Assembly: GCA_977017645.1 (NCBI GenBank)
Contig: OZ360231.1
Coordinates: 19,220,001 to 19,284,000 of the forward strand
Length of the DNA stretch: 64,000 bases
Direction of reading: 5' to 3'
Source of the DNA: Torpedo marmorata
Lineage: Eukaryota
Below are positions 37,586-50,043 of the stretch, in pieces. The position numbers and the translations under genes were made by a program. The notes beneath the pieces were generated by a model, which saw only the letters and a program-made list of their open reading frames with translations, searched no databases and was not told the DNA's origin. Position 1 is the first letter of the stretch, and each line of letters begins with the position of its first letter.

Positions 37586-37849
37586 TGGTGGGTTGGCAGG
37601 AATCGACGGTGGGAAAGGGCCATGCAGCTGACCACCCAGTCTCCCATTGCAGGTAGTGGCCAGGAAGAGGAATGCAGACCCTGTCCAACAATGGAGGAGG
37701 GGGTGATGGATGGGCAGTGGAGAGATTCAGAATGACGACAGCGTATGCAGTCATGCCAGTGACCACCCTGAAGAGGAGCAAAGGGAAGTGGGCGTTCCCC
37801 CTGGGTCACAGTCCGAGACCCCCTATCTGTCCCAGAGCCTCATGCTGTT

Positions 37850-38460
37850 GTAACTGCAGGGACAGGTTGGACACACTTGGGTAAAACATGAAAGTCTGCA
37901 GACACCGTGATTGAATTAAAAACACAATGCTTGAGAAATTCAGCAGGTCAAACCGTGTACTTTATATAGCAAAGATGGTTGGTTATGTGTCTTTATCTTT
38001 GCTTTTTAAAGTACACGGTTTGACCTGCTGAGTTTCTCCAGCTTTGTGTTTTTACTTTGGACAAACCTGGGCTGTTTTCTCTGGAGTGTCAGAGGCTGAG
38101 GGGAGACCTGGTTTATAAAATCGAGGGAAGCATTGACAGGGTGGACAGAATCTTTCTCCCAGGCTAAAAGTGTCACACACCAGAGGCCATATGTTTAAGG
38201 TGAGGGTGGGGAGGAGTTTAAACAAGATGTGTGGGCAGGTTTTTTTTACACAGAGTGGTGGGTGCCTGGAACGGGCTGCCAGGGGTAGACATGGTGGAAG
38301 CAGATGCGATAGTGGTGTTTAAGAGGCTTCTAGATATGATAGAGGGGGTGGAAGGATATGGATCGTGTGCAGGCAGCAGAGTTTTAGTTTAATTTAGTAT
38401 CGTGTTCGGCACAGACACCATGCCGAAGGGCCTATTCCTGTGGTGTAATGTTCCATGTTC
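37850..38460 (+). mobile_element. CR1 3' fragment containing a Penelope-derived palindrome (~37882-38056)
   Basis: RDRLDTLG / LDKPGLFSLE joins; inverted CAGCAGGTCAAAC / GTTTGACCTGCTG arms. Confidence 0.75.
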
Positions 38461-38529
38461 TAAACCCTTCACCAAACCCACTTGCTCTCTTCTCTGCTCT
38501 CTCTCACATGTCCTCTGGTCGACCCTCAG

Positions 38530-38654
38530 CTGCCCCTCAGTTTGTCGTCCGGCCGAGGGATCAGATCGTGGCCCAGGGCCGCTCAGCTACCTTCCCCTGC
38601 GAGACGAAAGGAAATCCTCAACCAGCCATCTTCTGGCAGAAGGAAGGCACCCAG
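38530..38654 (+). CDS. ROBO2: ROBO2-type exon, N-terminal half of Ig4 (exon 7 equivalent)
   Basis: Pyrimidine tract then gaccctcag|CT; donor CAG|gtaggt; 125 nt; [42 protein letters not shown]; phase 1 start fits the upstream exons. Confidence 0.93.
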
Positions 38655-39052
38655 GTAGGTGACATCCCAGCTCTACTCTCCTCTCCGGCTAACCACGAGG
38701 AGCTGGAGGGACTCGGCAGGTCAGTCGGAGACCCTGCTGGCCAAATGGACAGTCCGCCCGGGCTGCCTGACCTGCCGAGACCCCTCCATCTCCTCGTCCT
38801 TCGCTTCCGCAGTCCTTGTGTTTCTCTGCTTGGCAGCAACTCGAGCCCATTTACGGCTTTCCAAGACCTTCTGCACCATCAGATGGGCTCACCCCCCCCC
38901 GCCAGCTGGAGAAGCAGCATCTGCAGCAGAAAAATGTGTTTCAAGTTCAAGATTATTATCATCTGACTGTACACATACACCAGATGAAACAATGTTCTCA
39001 TGCCTCCTGGTCATTATCACGTAGCTCTTTGTGGGAACTTGCTGTGCACCTA

Positions 39053-39532
39053 CTGTATATATTCGTGTAAAAGCTGAGCCCCCCTTTTTTTAGCCCAAAA
39101 TTCAGGTATTTTTTGTATTTCGTGTGTAAAGGTCGACCCTCCCCCCCCCCCTATATTTGGCCCTGACTGCCCGCCCATCTGAGCTCCCGACCACGGACCC
39201 TTGCCCTGGCCGTCTGCCCACCAGAGTTCCGGACGCCCCGACCGCGAACCCTCGTCCCAGCCGCCCACCGGAGCTCCCGAAGTCCCGACCGCAGACCCAC
39301 TGGAGCTCCCGACGCCCCGACCATGGATCCTCGCTCCGGCCGCCCAGCCATCCGAGCTCCTGATGCCCCCAACGCGGACTTACCACTTGGTCCGGCCATC
39401 CGAGCTCCCGACAACTCGAATGAAGCAGATACTTACCACGGTCAAAAGTAGTATCTGTGCAAAAGTCAACCCCCCCAAATTTGACCCGAAAAATTGTTCC
39501 CCAAAACTTGACTATTACACGAGTATATACGG
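39053..39532. mobile_element. Tc1/mariner-superfamily (pogo/Tc2-like) MITE with GC-rich internal repeats
   Basis: TIRs CTGTATATATTCGTGTAA / TTACACGAGTATATACGG; TA at 39051-39052 and 39533-39534; internal GAGCTCCCGA repeats. Confidence 0.8.
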
Positions 39533-39564
39533 TACTGGTTCCAATTCCTACCTTGCCAATGACA

Positions 39565-40430
39565 CCAACAGGTGGTCAAGGAGGCTTTTGGCACATTGGC
39601 CTTCATCAGGCAGAGCATTGAGTGTAGAAGTTAGGAGGTCATGCTGCAGGTAAACAGGAAAGTCTGCAGACGCTGGGGTCTAGTGCAGTGCACAACAGAC
39701 CTGGAGAAACTCAGCAGGTCACGCAGCGTCCGTAGGAAGTAAAAGGCAGTTGACGTTTCAGGCCTGAGCCCTTCCTCAGGAGTGACGAATCAGGCTCAGG
39801 CCTGAAACATTGACTGCCTTTTATTTTCTGTGGCTCCTGCGTGACCTGCTGAGGTTCTCCAGCGTTCTTGAGGTCACGTTGCAGTGGTATAAGACGTTGG
39901 TGAGGCCCCATTGTGTTCAGCTTTGGTCATCGTGCTGCAGGAAAGATGGAGAGGGTTCAGAGAAGATTGCCGAGGATGTTGCCAGGACTCAGGGGCCTGA
40001 GCTACACGGAGAGGTTGAGCAGGCTGGGGCTTTATTCCTTGGCGCGCTGGAGGATGAGGGGTGATCTCACAGAGGTGTACAACATCATGGGAGGAATAGA
40101 TCGGGAGAACGCAGAGAGTCTGTTGCCCAGAGTTGGGGAATCGGTGACCAGAGGACATAGGTTTAAGGTGAGGGGGGAGAGATTTAACAGGAACATGAGG
40201 GGTAACCTTTTCACACATAGGGTGAGGGGTGTATGGAACGGGTGGGCAGAGGAGGTGGTTGAGGCAGGTACTATGGCAATGTTTTAGAAACATTTGGATG
40301 GATCCATGTATACAATGGGTTTAGATGGGTATGGGTTAAACACAGGCAGGTGGGACTAGTGTGGGTGGGACATTTCAGTGGGTGTGGGCAAGTTGTGCCG
40401 AAGGGCCTGTTTCCACACTGCATGACTCTC
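39565..40430 (+). mobile_element. CR1 3' fragment containing a Penelope-derived inverted repeat (~39650-39868)
   Basis: MERVQRRLPRMLPGLRGLSYTERL...; insert has CTGGAGAAACTCAGCAGGTCACGCAG and its reverse complement. Confidence 0.8.
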
Positions 40431-40509
40431 TAACCACAATTTTATTTCTGTGGTCATGAATGTTGCAATAGAAACACAAATGCAGGCAATCCACCGTGGT
40501 GCTTTTGTT

Positions 40510-40822
40510 TAAGTTTATTTGTCACAAATTACCTCGGACAGTCAGGTCGTTTCTTCTGCGAGCAGTCTAACAGGTTATCTCTAACATTCACACAGCCGTG
40601 TAAAGAGCACGATTTACAGAGTGTGGGATTACAATGAAAAGGAAGATCAATTAGTATCAAGCAAGGGCAGTGTGAGAGCACTTTTGTGGGGTTCATTCAG
40701 GAGCCTGATGGCTGCGGGGAAGAATCTGTCTTTAAGCCTGTTGGTGGCCGCTTTGACACTCTTGAGCCTTCTCCCCGATGGGAGGAGGGAGAAGAGAGTG
40801 TGTCCGGGGTGGGATGCTGTAT
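40510..40822 (-). mobile_element. Rex1/Babar-like 3' fragment
   Basis: Reverse strand [38 protein letters not shown]. Confidence 0.75.
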
Positions 40823-41769
40823 GAGAAATAATGGCTCCGGGATAACAGGGAGAAATTCCTAAACCTCAGCAAATTAGCGATTGTGTGCAGGCATGGTAAG
40901 GCAGTGCGGAACTCCCTCAGCGTTGCACTGCGTACGTCAGAGACTGGACGTGAACCCACCACCTTCTGACTCGAGAGATGAGCGTGCTTCACACTGAGCT
41001 ACTGACAGGGCCAGTTGGAAGGCAAACAACAGTGCCAAAGAACGACACCAGTCGTGAAATCTTCCTTCCTCTCGCATCGCCTCCAAAGTGTGTATTTATA
41101 TTTGTTCAAAAAAACTTACCGGGTTGTAGGTTAATTGGGTGTAATTGGGCGGCACGGGCTCGTGGGCCGAAAGGGCCTGTTACCATGCTGTATGTCTAAA
41201 TTTTAAAAAAAAATTAATATAGCTTCTTTGTCAATGTTCTAGACCAGGGGTGGCCAACCTTTTAATTTTTCATTTCGACATACAGCACGGTAACAGGCCC
41301 TTTCGGATCACGAGCCCGTGCCACCCAATTAACCTACACCCCCGGTACGTTCATGGGAGCTTGAGCACTTTCAGCTGTGGGAAAGACAGAGACTGTTTAA
41401 TCGAGTGCTTCATCAAAGAACTGGATGTAGAATATAGTACAGCACAGGAAAAAGCCCTTCGGCCCACAATGTCTGTGCTGAGCATGATGCCCCTGGTTCT
41501 ATCACATTTGAAATCCTGTTTTCCCATCACCCTGGACTCCCATCAATTTGCCTATCACATCAACAGGTCAACTGAGGAAGCCATCTCCACGGCACTTCAC
41601 TCTGCCTTGACCCACTTGGACAGCTCCAACTCTTATGTCAGAATGCTGTTCATTGACTTTAGTTCGGCATTCAATAATGTGATTCCCTCCAAACTGATCA
41701 CCAAACTTCGACAGCTTGGTATCAGCTCATCCCTCTGCAATTGGACCTTGGACTTTCTGACTAACAGAC

Positions 41770-42595
41770 TAACAGGCCTCACCTTCGTCCCCCTCCGCCA
41801 ACACCTCAACGAGTTCCGCGCACGCCGTGATGCCGAACTCTTCTTCCGTCGCCTCCGCCTCCGGGCTCACTTCCATGACCGTGACTCTCCACCCCCCACC
41901 CAAGACCCTTTCTCCCGCTTCAAGCCATCTTCCTCTTCCTGGACACCTCGCCCTGGCCAGCTGCCCGCTCTGGACCTTTTTATTTCCAACTGCTGCCGAG
42001 ACATCAACCGTCTCAACTTCACCACCCCCCTCTCGTATTCCAACCTCACCTCCTCAGAACGCTATGCCCTCCACTCTCTCCGCAACAATCCCAACCTCAC
42101 CATCAAACCCGCAGACAAGGGCGGTGCGGTTGTTGTCTGTCTGGCACACTGACCTCTACCTTGCCGAGACCAGTCGACTGCTCTCAGACACCTCCTCCTA
42201 CCGACCCTTCCCACAGGACCCCACCACTGCACATCAAGCCACTGTCTCCAACACCATCTCCGACCTCATCACCTGCGGTCACCTCCCCTCCACGGCCACC
42301 AACCTCATTCTCCCCCACCCCCGCACTGCCTGTTTCTACCTTCTACCCAAGATACACAAACCCAACCATCCGGGCAGACCTCTTTGCTGCTGTCCCCTCC
42401 CTCCTTTCTCCACCTATCATCTCCTGCCTTTGCCACCCCCCTTCTCCCCTCACTCTTTTCTTCGGACGCCTGCCGGCATTTTCTCATACTTTGATGAAGG
42501 GCTCAAGCCCGAAACGTCGGTTATGTATTTCTAGCTTTGCTACATAAAAGACACTGTTTGACCTGCTGAGTTTCTCCAGCATTTGTGTTTTTTAC
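41770..42595 (+). mobile_element. Internally deleted Penelope-like element (ORF N-terminal region joined to terminal repeat)
   Basis: GLTFVP...[11 protein letters not shown]...[33 protein letters not shown]; terminal repeat with hammerhead-like motif. Confidence 0.85.
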
Positions 42596-42704
42596 CCCAA
42601 TCTGTTAAGTTAGACAGTCTCTTCTCTTCCATTCTCACCTTGAATGCCCCAGGGCTGTGTGCTGAGCCCTCTCCTGCATTCCCTTTTCACCTATGACTGC
42701 GTCT

Positions 42705-45700
42705 CTTAATAACAGAGACGTGGCGACACCCACTTATCCCAGACGTAGCCATTGAGCTAGCAGGCCGCACAGCATTTCGCTGGGATAGAAACAAAGACTC
42801 CGGTAAGCGCAAGGGATGGGGGTTATGCATTTACATACACAACGACTGGTGCACTAATACCAAGATCATAGACAGACACTGTTCTTCTGACTTGGAGTAC
42901 CTGACAGTTAAATGCAGGCCTATTTACCTTCCACGTGAGCTTATCATTGTTATAGTCGCAGCAGTTTACATTCCACCGGATGCTAACGCTAGCATAGCTT
43001 TAGGCTACCTGCTCAGTGCTATAAATTCACAACAGAGCACCTATCCCGAAGCAGCCCATATCATAGCCGGTGATTTTAACCATGCAGATCTAAGGGCAGT
43101 TCTCCGGAAATTTGAACAACACATCAAATGTGCTACTAGGGGGAAAAACACACGAGATAAGGTTTATTCAAATATTAGGAACGGTTTTAGGTCAACATCA
43201 CTACCACACATAGGCCAGTCAGACCACCTATCCATATTCTTAACCCCAGCATACACTCCCCTCAGGAGAAACGTTCAACCCATCACAAAGACTGTTAAGA
43301 CATGGCCTGAAGGAGCTTCCTTTCAGCTGCAGGGTTGCTTTGAAAGGACTAACTGGGACATTTTTGAGGACCAGGACTTGGAGGAGTTCACATCAACTGT
43401 ACTCTGCTACATACAGAGCTGTGTTGACAATGTCACCGTCAACAAACACATCCGGGTGTACTCCAACCAGAAACCCTGGATGACAAAGGAAGTCAAAATT
43501 CTCCTCAAGGACCATAACAACGCCTTCAGGTCTGGCGACAGAGCCCTATACAGCGCTGCTAGAGTTAAACTGAGGAGAGGCATCAGGGATGCTAAATCGG
43601 CCTACAAGAAGAAGATCGAGGACCACTTCACCAATAACGACCCACGGCGTGTGTGGCAAGGCATCCAGCACATCACTAACTATAAGATCAGCAATAACCA
43701 TATAACATTTACAGCACAGAAACAGGCCAGTTCGGCCCTTCTAGTCCATGCCGACCACATTCTCCCACCTAGTCCCACTGACCCGCACCCGGCCCATAAC
43801 CCTCCACACCTCTCTCGTCCATATACCTATCCAATGTTTCCTTAAACATTAAAATTGAACCTGCATCTACCACTTCGGCCGGAAGCTCGTTCCACCCTCC
43901 CACCACCCTCTGAGTGAAGAAATTCCCCCTCATGTTTCCTCTAAACTTTTCCCCCTTCAATCTCAATCCATGCCCTCTTGTTTGAATCTTCCCCTCTCTC
44001 AATGGAAAAAGCCTGTCCACATTGACTTTATCTTTCCCCTTCATAATTTTAAATACCTCTATCAAATCACCCCTCAACCTTCTACGCTCCAGGGAATAAA
44101 GTCCCAGCCTGTTCAACCTTTCCCTATAACTCAAACCCAGAAACCCAGGCAACATTCTTGTAAATCTCCTCTGCACTCTCTCTATTCTGTTTATATCCTT
44201 CCTATAATTCGGCGACCAAAACTGCACACAATATTCCAAATTTGGCCTCACCAATGCCTTATATAACTTCAACATGACATCCCAACTCCTATATTCAATA
44301 CTCTGATTTATGAAGGCCAACATACCAAATGCTTTCTTCACCACCCTATCTACGTGTGACTCAACTTTCAGGGAATTATGTACCAGAATTCCTAAATCCC
44401 TCTGTTCTACTGCACTTCTCAATTGTCTTCCATTTAACATGTATGACCTTTGCTGATTAATCCTACCAAAATGTAGCACCTCACATTTATCAGTATTAAA
44501 TTCCATCTGCCATGTTTCCGCCCACTCTTCTAACTGTCCAATATCCCCCTGCAAGCTTTGATATCCCTCTTCACTGTCCACAACACCACCAATCTTCGTA
44601 TCATCTGCATACTTACTAATCCAATTTACCACCCTATCATCAAGATCATTAATATATATGACAAACAACAATGGACCCAGTACCGATCCCTGAGGCACTC
44701 CACTAGTCACCGGCCTCCAATTTGACAAACAATTTTCCACCACTACTCTCTGGCATCTCCTATCCAACCATTGATGAATCCATTTCACTACTTCGTCGTT
44801 AATACCTAATGCTTGAACCTTCCTAACGAGCCTCTTATGCGGAACCTTGTCAAATGCCTTACTGAAGTCCATATAGACAACATCCACAGCCTTCCCCTCG
44901 TCAACCCTCTTAGTAACCTCATCGAAAAACTCTATGAGATTTGTCAAACATGATCTACCATGAACAAAACCGTGTTGACTACTCCTAATCAATGCTTGTC
45001 TTTCCAAATAACTGTATACACCATCTCTAAGAACACTCTCCATTAATTTACCTACCACCGATGTCAGACTCACAGGCCTATAATTTCCAGGTTTACTTTT
45101 GGAGACCTTCTTAAACAGCGGGACAACATGAGCTACCCTCCAATCCTCCGGCACCTCCCCCGTGGCCAGTGACATTTTAAATATTTCTGTCAGAGCCCCC
45201 ACTATTTGTACACTAACCTCCCTCAGGGTTCTCAGGAATATCCTGTCAGGACCTGGAGATTTATCCACCTTTATACTCTTTAAAATAGCCAATACTACCT
45301 CTCATTAATCTTTATATTATCCATGACCTCACTGCCAGATTTCCTTACCTCACCTGGCTCAATATTCCTTTCCTTTGTAAATACTGAAGAAAAAAATTCA
45401 TTTAAAATCTCCCCCATCTCCTCTGACTTCTCACATAGCCTACCCGTCTGATCCTCAACAGTCGTACGGCTGTCGACGGTGATGCCTCGCTGGCAGAGGA
45501 ACTTAACTGTTTCTTTGCTCGCTTTGAGGTGAAAGCAGCGGAGACAGACATAACACTTCCACTAGCCTCCAACAGTCACATCCTCACTGTGCAAGAGCAT
45601 GACGTGCAGTGTGTGCTTAGAGCGGTGAATCCGAGAAAAGCTGCCGGCCCAGATGGTGTGACAGGAAGGGTGCTGAAGGAATGTGCAAACCAGCTCTCCG

Positions 45701-47360
45701 AAGTCTTCACAAAGATCTTCAACCTGTCCCTGTCTACATCCACCATCCCACCTCGCCTGAAGTCTGCCACAATCATTCCACTGCCGAAAAAGACAGTCAT
45801 CAGCGGCCTCAACGATTACCGTCCGGTAGCACTCACACCGGTCATCATGAAGTGCTTCGAGAGGCTGGTCTTACAGCATATCAAAGCCAGCCTCCCACCC
45901 ACCTTTGACCCATACCAGTTTGCCTACAGAGCAAATAGGTCCACAGAGGACACCATTGCCACTGCTCTTCACACTGCACTGACTCACCTTGAACATCAGG
46001 GGAGCTATGTGAGGATGCTTTTTATAGACGTTAGCTCTGCCTTTAACACCGTCATCCCGGGCAGACTGGTTACCAAACTTAACGACTTAGGATTTTCCCA
46101 ACCCACCTGCTACTGGATCAAGGACTTTCTGACCAATCGCCCCCAGACTGTGAGATTAGGCCCTCACCTTTCCTCCACCCTTAAACTCAGCACCGGCTCT
46201 CCACAGGGCTGTGTGTTGAGCCCCATTCTCTATGCCCTCTACACTCATGACTGTGCCCCCACTCATTCCAACAACACCATCATCAAGTTCGAGGACGACA
46301 CGACTGCGGTTGGACTTATCTCAGGAGGAGACGAGACAGCCTACAGGGATGATGTCCAAAGACTGACAGCGTGGTGTTCAGAGAACAATCTCGTCCTGAA
46401 CTCCTCAAAGACAAAAGAACTCATAATAGACTTCCGGAAGAACAGTGCAGACCCCGACCCACTATACATGAACTGTGTGGAAAGGGTCACTGCTTTCAGG
46501 TTTCTGGGTACACACATCGCAGGAGACCTCTCCTGGTCTACCAACACCACCTCAGTAGTCAAGAAGGTACAGCAGCGACTCCACTTCCTGAGCATTCTCA
46601 GGAAAATCAATCTACAGGAGAAGCTGCTAATGTCCTTCTGCCGCTGCTCCATCGAGGGTGAGCCGGCATACTGTATTCCTGCGTGGTATGCCAGCTGCTC
46701 AGCAGCGGACAGGAGAGTTCTTCAGAGGGTCATCAATATCGCTCAGAAGATCATCGGCTGCTCACTGCCCTCTTTGGAGGATTTATTCAGCACTCGCTGC
46801 CTCAGTAGAGCAGCCAACATACGGAAAGACCCATCCCACCTTGGACATCATCTGTTTGAGCGGCTGCCCTCTGGTAGACACTTCAGGTCCATTAAATCAC
46901 GGACAAACAGACTTAAGAACAGCATCTACCCCAGAGCCATACGAGAACTGAACACTGCCAAGCATTGGTTGGGATCTGTGTGACTCTCAGCACTACAATA
47001 CTACAGTCACACCTATAGAACAGTTGTATACAATTACAACTGCACCTTTTTATGCATATATTCCGGACTGCATTATTTGTATATAGAGCCACTACATTAC
47101 AACTCCACTTTGTATGTAAATATTCCCAACTGCACTACTTGTATAGAGGGCCACTGCAATTTTCAATTCTAGTAAATGTGCAATATCCAGAAGTGCAATA
47201 TTTCAATATCTCAGTTGCTTTCGTATTGTTTTGTTTTATATCTTATTGTTTTCATTTTTTATTTTTTAATTGCTGTTTGATTTGTGTGAATGCACCGTTA
47301 GGATTGCTAATTAATTTTGTTGTAGTCTGTGCAATGACAATAAAGGAATATCAATCAATC
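42705..47360 (+). mobile_element. Long Rex1/Babar-like LINE (APE endonuclease plus RT), split by a CR1
   Basis: TETW, VYIPP, IIAGDFNH, GQSDH (42892-43690); RT ORF 45529-46983 with KAAGPDG, DYRPVALT, PQGCVLSP, FEDD; (ATCA)n tail. Confidence 0.92.
43695..45456 (-). mobile_element. CR1 LINE, 5'-truncated, open 507-aa RT region
   Basis: ORF 43769-45292(-), YADD, GVPQGSVLGPLLF; (GTTATATG)n tail. Confidence 0.95.
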
Positions 47361-48286
47361 CTGTATGTGGTTCTAATTCCATAATCAAGTTTGCAGATGA
47401 CACCACGGTGGTTGGCCTGATCAGAGGGGATGATGAGACGGCCTATAGGGATGAGGTCCAGCACCTGGCCTTGTGGTGTGCTGACAACAACTTGGCACTT
47501 AACACTCAGAAGACCAAGGAGATCATTGTGGACTTCAGGCGTGCTGGAAGCCACACTCATGCCCCGATTTACATCAATGGAGATGTGGTGGAACGTGTAT
47601 CAAGCTTCAAATTCCTTGGTGTCCACATTTCCGATGATCTCACCTGGTCCCTGAACTCCTCCATCCTGATCAAAAAGGAGCAACAACGCCTTTATTTCCT
47701 GCGGAGCATCAAGAAAGTACATCTCTGTCCCAGGATATTGATGGATTTTTACCGCTGTACCATTGAGAGCATACTCACCTATGGCATCTCAGTGTGGTAT
47801 GGCAATTGTCTCGTATCGGACCGTAAAGCACTTCAGCGGGTGGTAAAAACTGCCCAGCGGATTATCAGCATCCAATTGCCCACCATTGAGAACATCTATC
47901 AGGAACGCTGTCTGGGCAGGACGAAGAGCATCATCAAGGATGCATCTCACCCTAACTATGGACTTTTTACTCTCCTTCCATTCGGTAGGCGCTACAGGAG
48001 CCTTCGCTCTCGAACCAGCAGGGTCAAGAAGAGCTTTTTTCCCGAGGTGGTGACCTTGCTGAACCTTAAATCACAGCGCTGAGTGGTACTGCACTCACAT
48101 TGTACTGTCAGTACTTTTATGATTGTTTGCTTGCTGAATGCGCTTGTTTTTATTCACACGTAGTTATTTGTATTTGTATATAGCACTATTTTTTAACTTC
48201 TGGTTGGATGCTAATTGTATTTCATTGGCTTTGTATTTTACTTAGCACAATGACAATAAAGTTGAATCTAATCTATCTAATCTATA

Positions 48287-49170
48287 TTCATGTGTTCACT
48301 AGAAGCCCCTTAAACACCACTGTTGTATCTGCTTCCATCAAAACCCCTGGCAGCCCATTCCAGGCACCCAGCACTCTCCGTGTTTTTTTTAAAAGAAAAA
48401 AACGTGCCCCACACATCTCCTTTAAACTGCTTCCAACTCCCATGACCTTTAATGCATGTCCTCTAGACCAGCTATTCTCAACCTTTTTTCCAGCTATGGC
48501 CTCCCTCGGACTCTGCTCAAAGTTTATGGGGCCCCTTCCCTGTGAAGCAGTCAAGTTTTGGTTTCTTCCGTACTTCTCTCCTACCGACTGCATAAAAAAA
48601 TATTGATGTTACGTGAGGTGAAAAGAAAACAAGGCTTTTTATTTAAATGTGCTGTGGCCCCCAGGGGGGCCGCAGGGCCCTCATTGAGAATGGCTGCTCT
48701 AATGTGTGACATTTTTACCTGTGGAAAAGATTCTGACTGTCTACACTATCGATGCGTCCCATAGTTTTATAAACCTACATCTGATCTCCCATCATCCTCC
48801 GACGTTCCAGAGAAAACAACCTCCACATGTTTGTCCAACCTCTCCCCATAACTCTCACCTTCTCAACCAGGCAACATCCTGCTGAACCTCTTCTGTTCCC
48901 TTTCCAAAGCCTCTACATCCTTCCTGTAATGGGGGCGACCAGATTTGCACATAGCATTCCAAGTGCGGCCTAACTAAAGTTTTATATAGCTGCAAAATTA
49001 CTTCCTTAATCTTATACTTGATGCCCTGACTAATGAAGGCACGCATACCATACGCCTTCTTTGACATCCTATCTCCTTGCGTGGCCATTTTCAATCTGCT
49101 TTGGACCTGAGCCCCCAGATCCCTCAGAGCATCAATGCTGTTCAGAGTCCTGCAACTAACTGTATGCATT
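48287..49170 (-). mobile_element. CR1 fragment with a nested hAT-like MITE (48469-48696)
   Basis: LYKTLVRPHLECYVQIWSP; MITE TIR CAGCTATTCTCAA / TTGAGAATGGCTG, imperfect 8-bp TSD CTCTAGAC/CTCTAATG. Confidence 0.7.
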
Positions 49171-49261
49171 TAAGGTGCATGTAAGTGACCTAACTCTAGC
49201 ATTTGTAGTTTTCCTTGCTACCCACGAGTTCCTCCATTTTACAAGCACCGGGAAATATGTA

Positions 49262-49457
49262 TTTTAACGGTACAGCACGGTAGAAGACCCTTCCAGCCCA
49301 CAAAACCTGTGCTGTCCAATTACACTCAATTACTACCCAACATACAAGTTTTTGGAGGGTGGGAGGAAACCGGAGAACCAGGAGAAAACCCATGCAGGTC
49401 ATCAGGAGGACGTACAAACTCCTTACAGACAGTGCTGAGTTCGAAGCTGGGCGCTGT
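49262..49457 (-). mobile_element. V-SINE (HE1-like), diverged
   Basis: V-domain and CR1-like tail on the reverse strand. Confidence 0.75.
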
Positions 49458-50043
49458 GATATTTATTGAGGCAGCCAGCTTTAAGTGGGAGAATGTAATC
49501 ATTGCCTCTGGAGTGCGGACACTGTTCTGAGAGGAGGACTCTGTTCTGTGCTTGGCTAATGGAGGGCAAGCTGTGAACTCTCCGGCTAATAATGCGAGGT
49601 TAAGCATAATTTGCAGAACGTGTAAGAGACAATTTGCTCACTGGAATGTGGGCTAATGGTATCATCCTTGAATCTATCAGAGTGGACCATCCATCACTGA
49701 CTAATAAAAGTATTCACCTCTTAATTAAATGGTGACATAATTTAAGAGAGTGGAGAATTTGCAGGCACTCTAATTGAAAAGCGTTAATTTGCCCACCGTG
49801 CCCTCCTGTGAGAGTCTCGGGTCACCGCGAGGGGTGGGAGAACTCCACAAGCTGTCGAATCTCTTCTGCAGGGCCTGGTTTCCAAAAGATCCCTCTGCTG
49901 TGTTCACCCTCTGGACCTTGCGTTCCAGTTAACGACAACGAGTCTATTGTCGTACACATTGTACAATGAACACGTGCGCCGAAATTCTGACTTCCTGCAG
50001 CCGAACGGGTACATGTGAAGAAAAAGTTCACACGTACCCGTAC

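Larger units (their letters stand above)
41490..48285 (+). mobile_element. Host Rex1/Babar-like LINE (own sequence ~41490-41769, 42596-42704, 47361-48285) broken by nested insertions
   Basis: [12 protein letters not shown]...WTLDFLTNR | PQSVKL...PQGCVLSPLL..LFTYDC | SNSIIKFADDTTVVGLI...; (AATCT)n tail at ~48265. Confidence 0.85.

Noticed and set aside
38517-38529. GRPS just upstream of exon 7 as the ARPV-equivalent insert via an alternative acceptor
   Set aside because: There is no AG at the required position upstream, and a far better microexon exists at 26781-26792.
38538-38540. Second CAG 11 nt inside exon 7 as the acceptor
   Set aside because: It would shift the frame and remove the conserved PQF.
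41250-42152. Novel 300-aa fusion protein
   Set aside because: Chance in-frame join of SINE, Rex1 and Penelope fragments.
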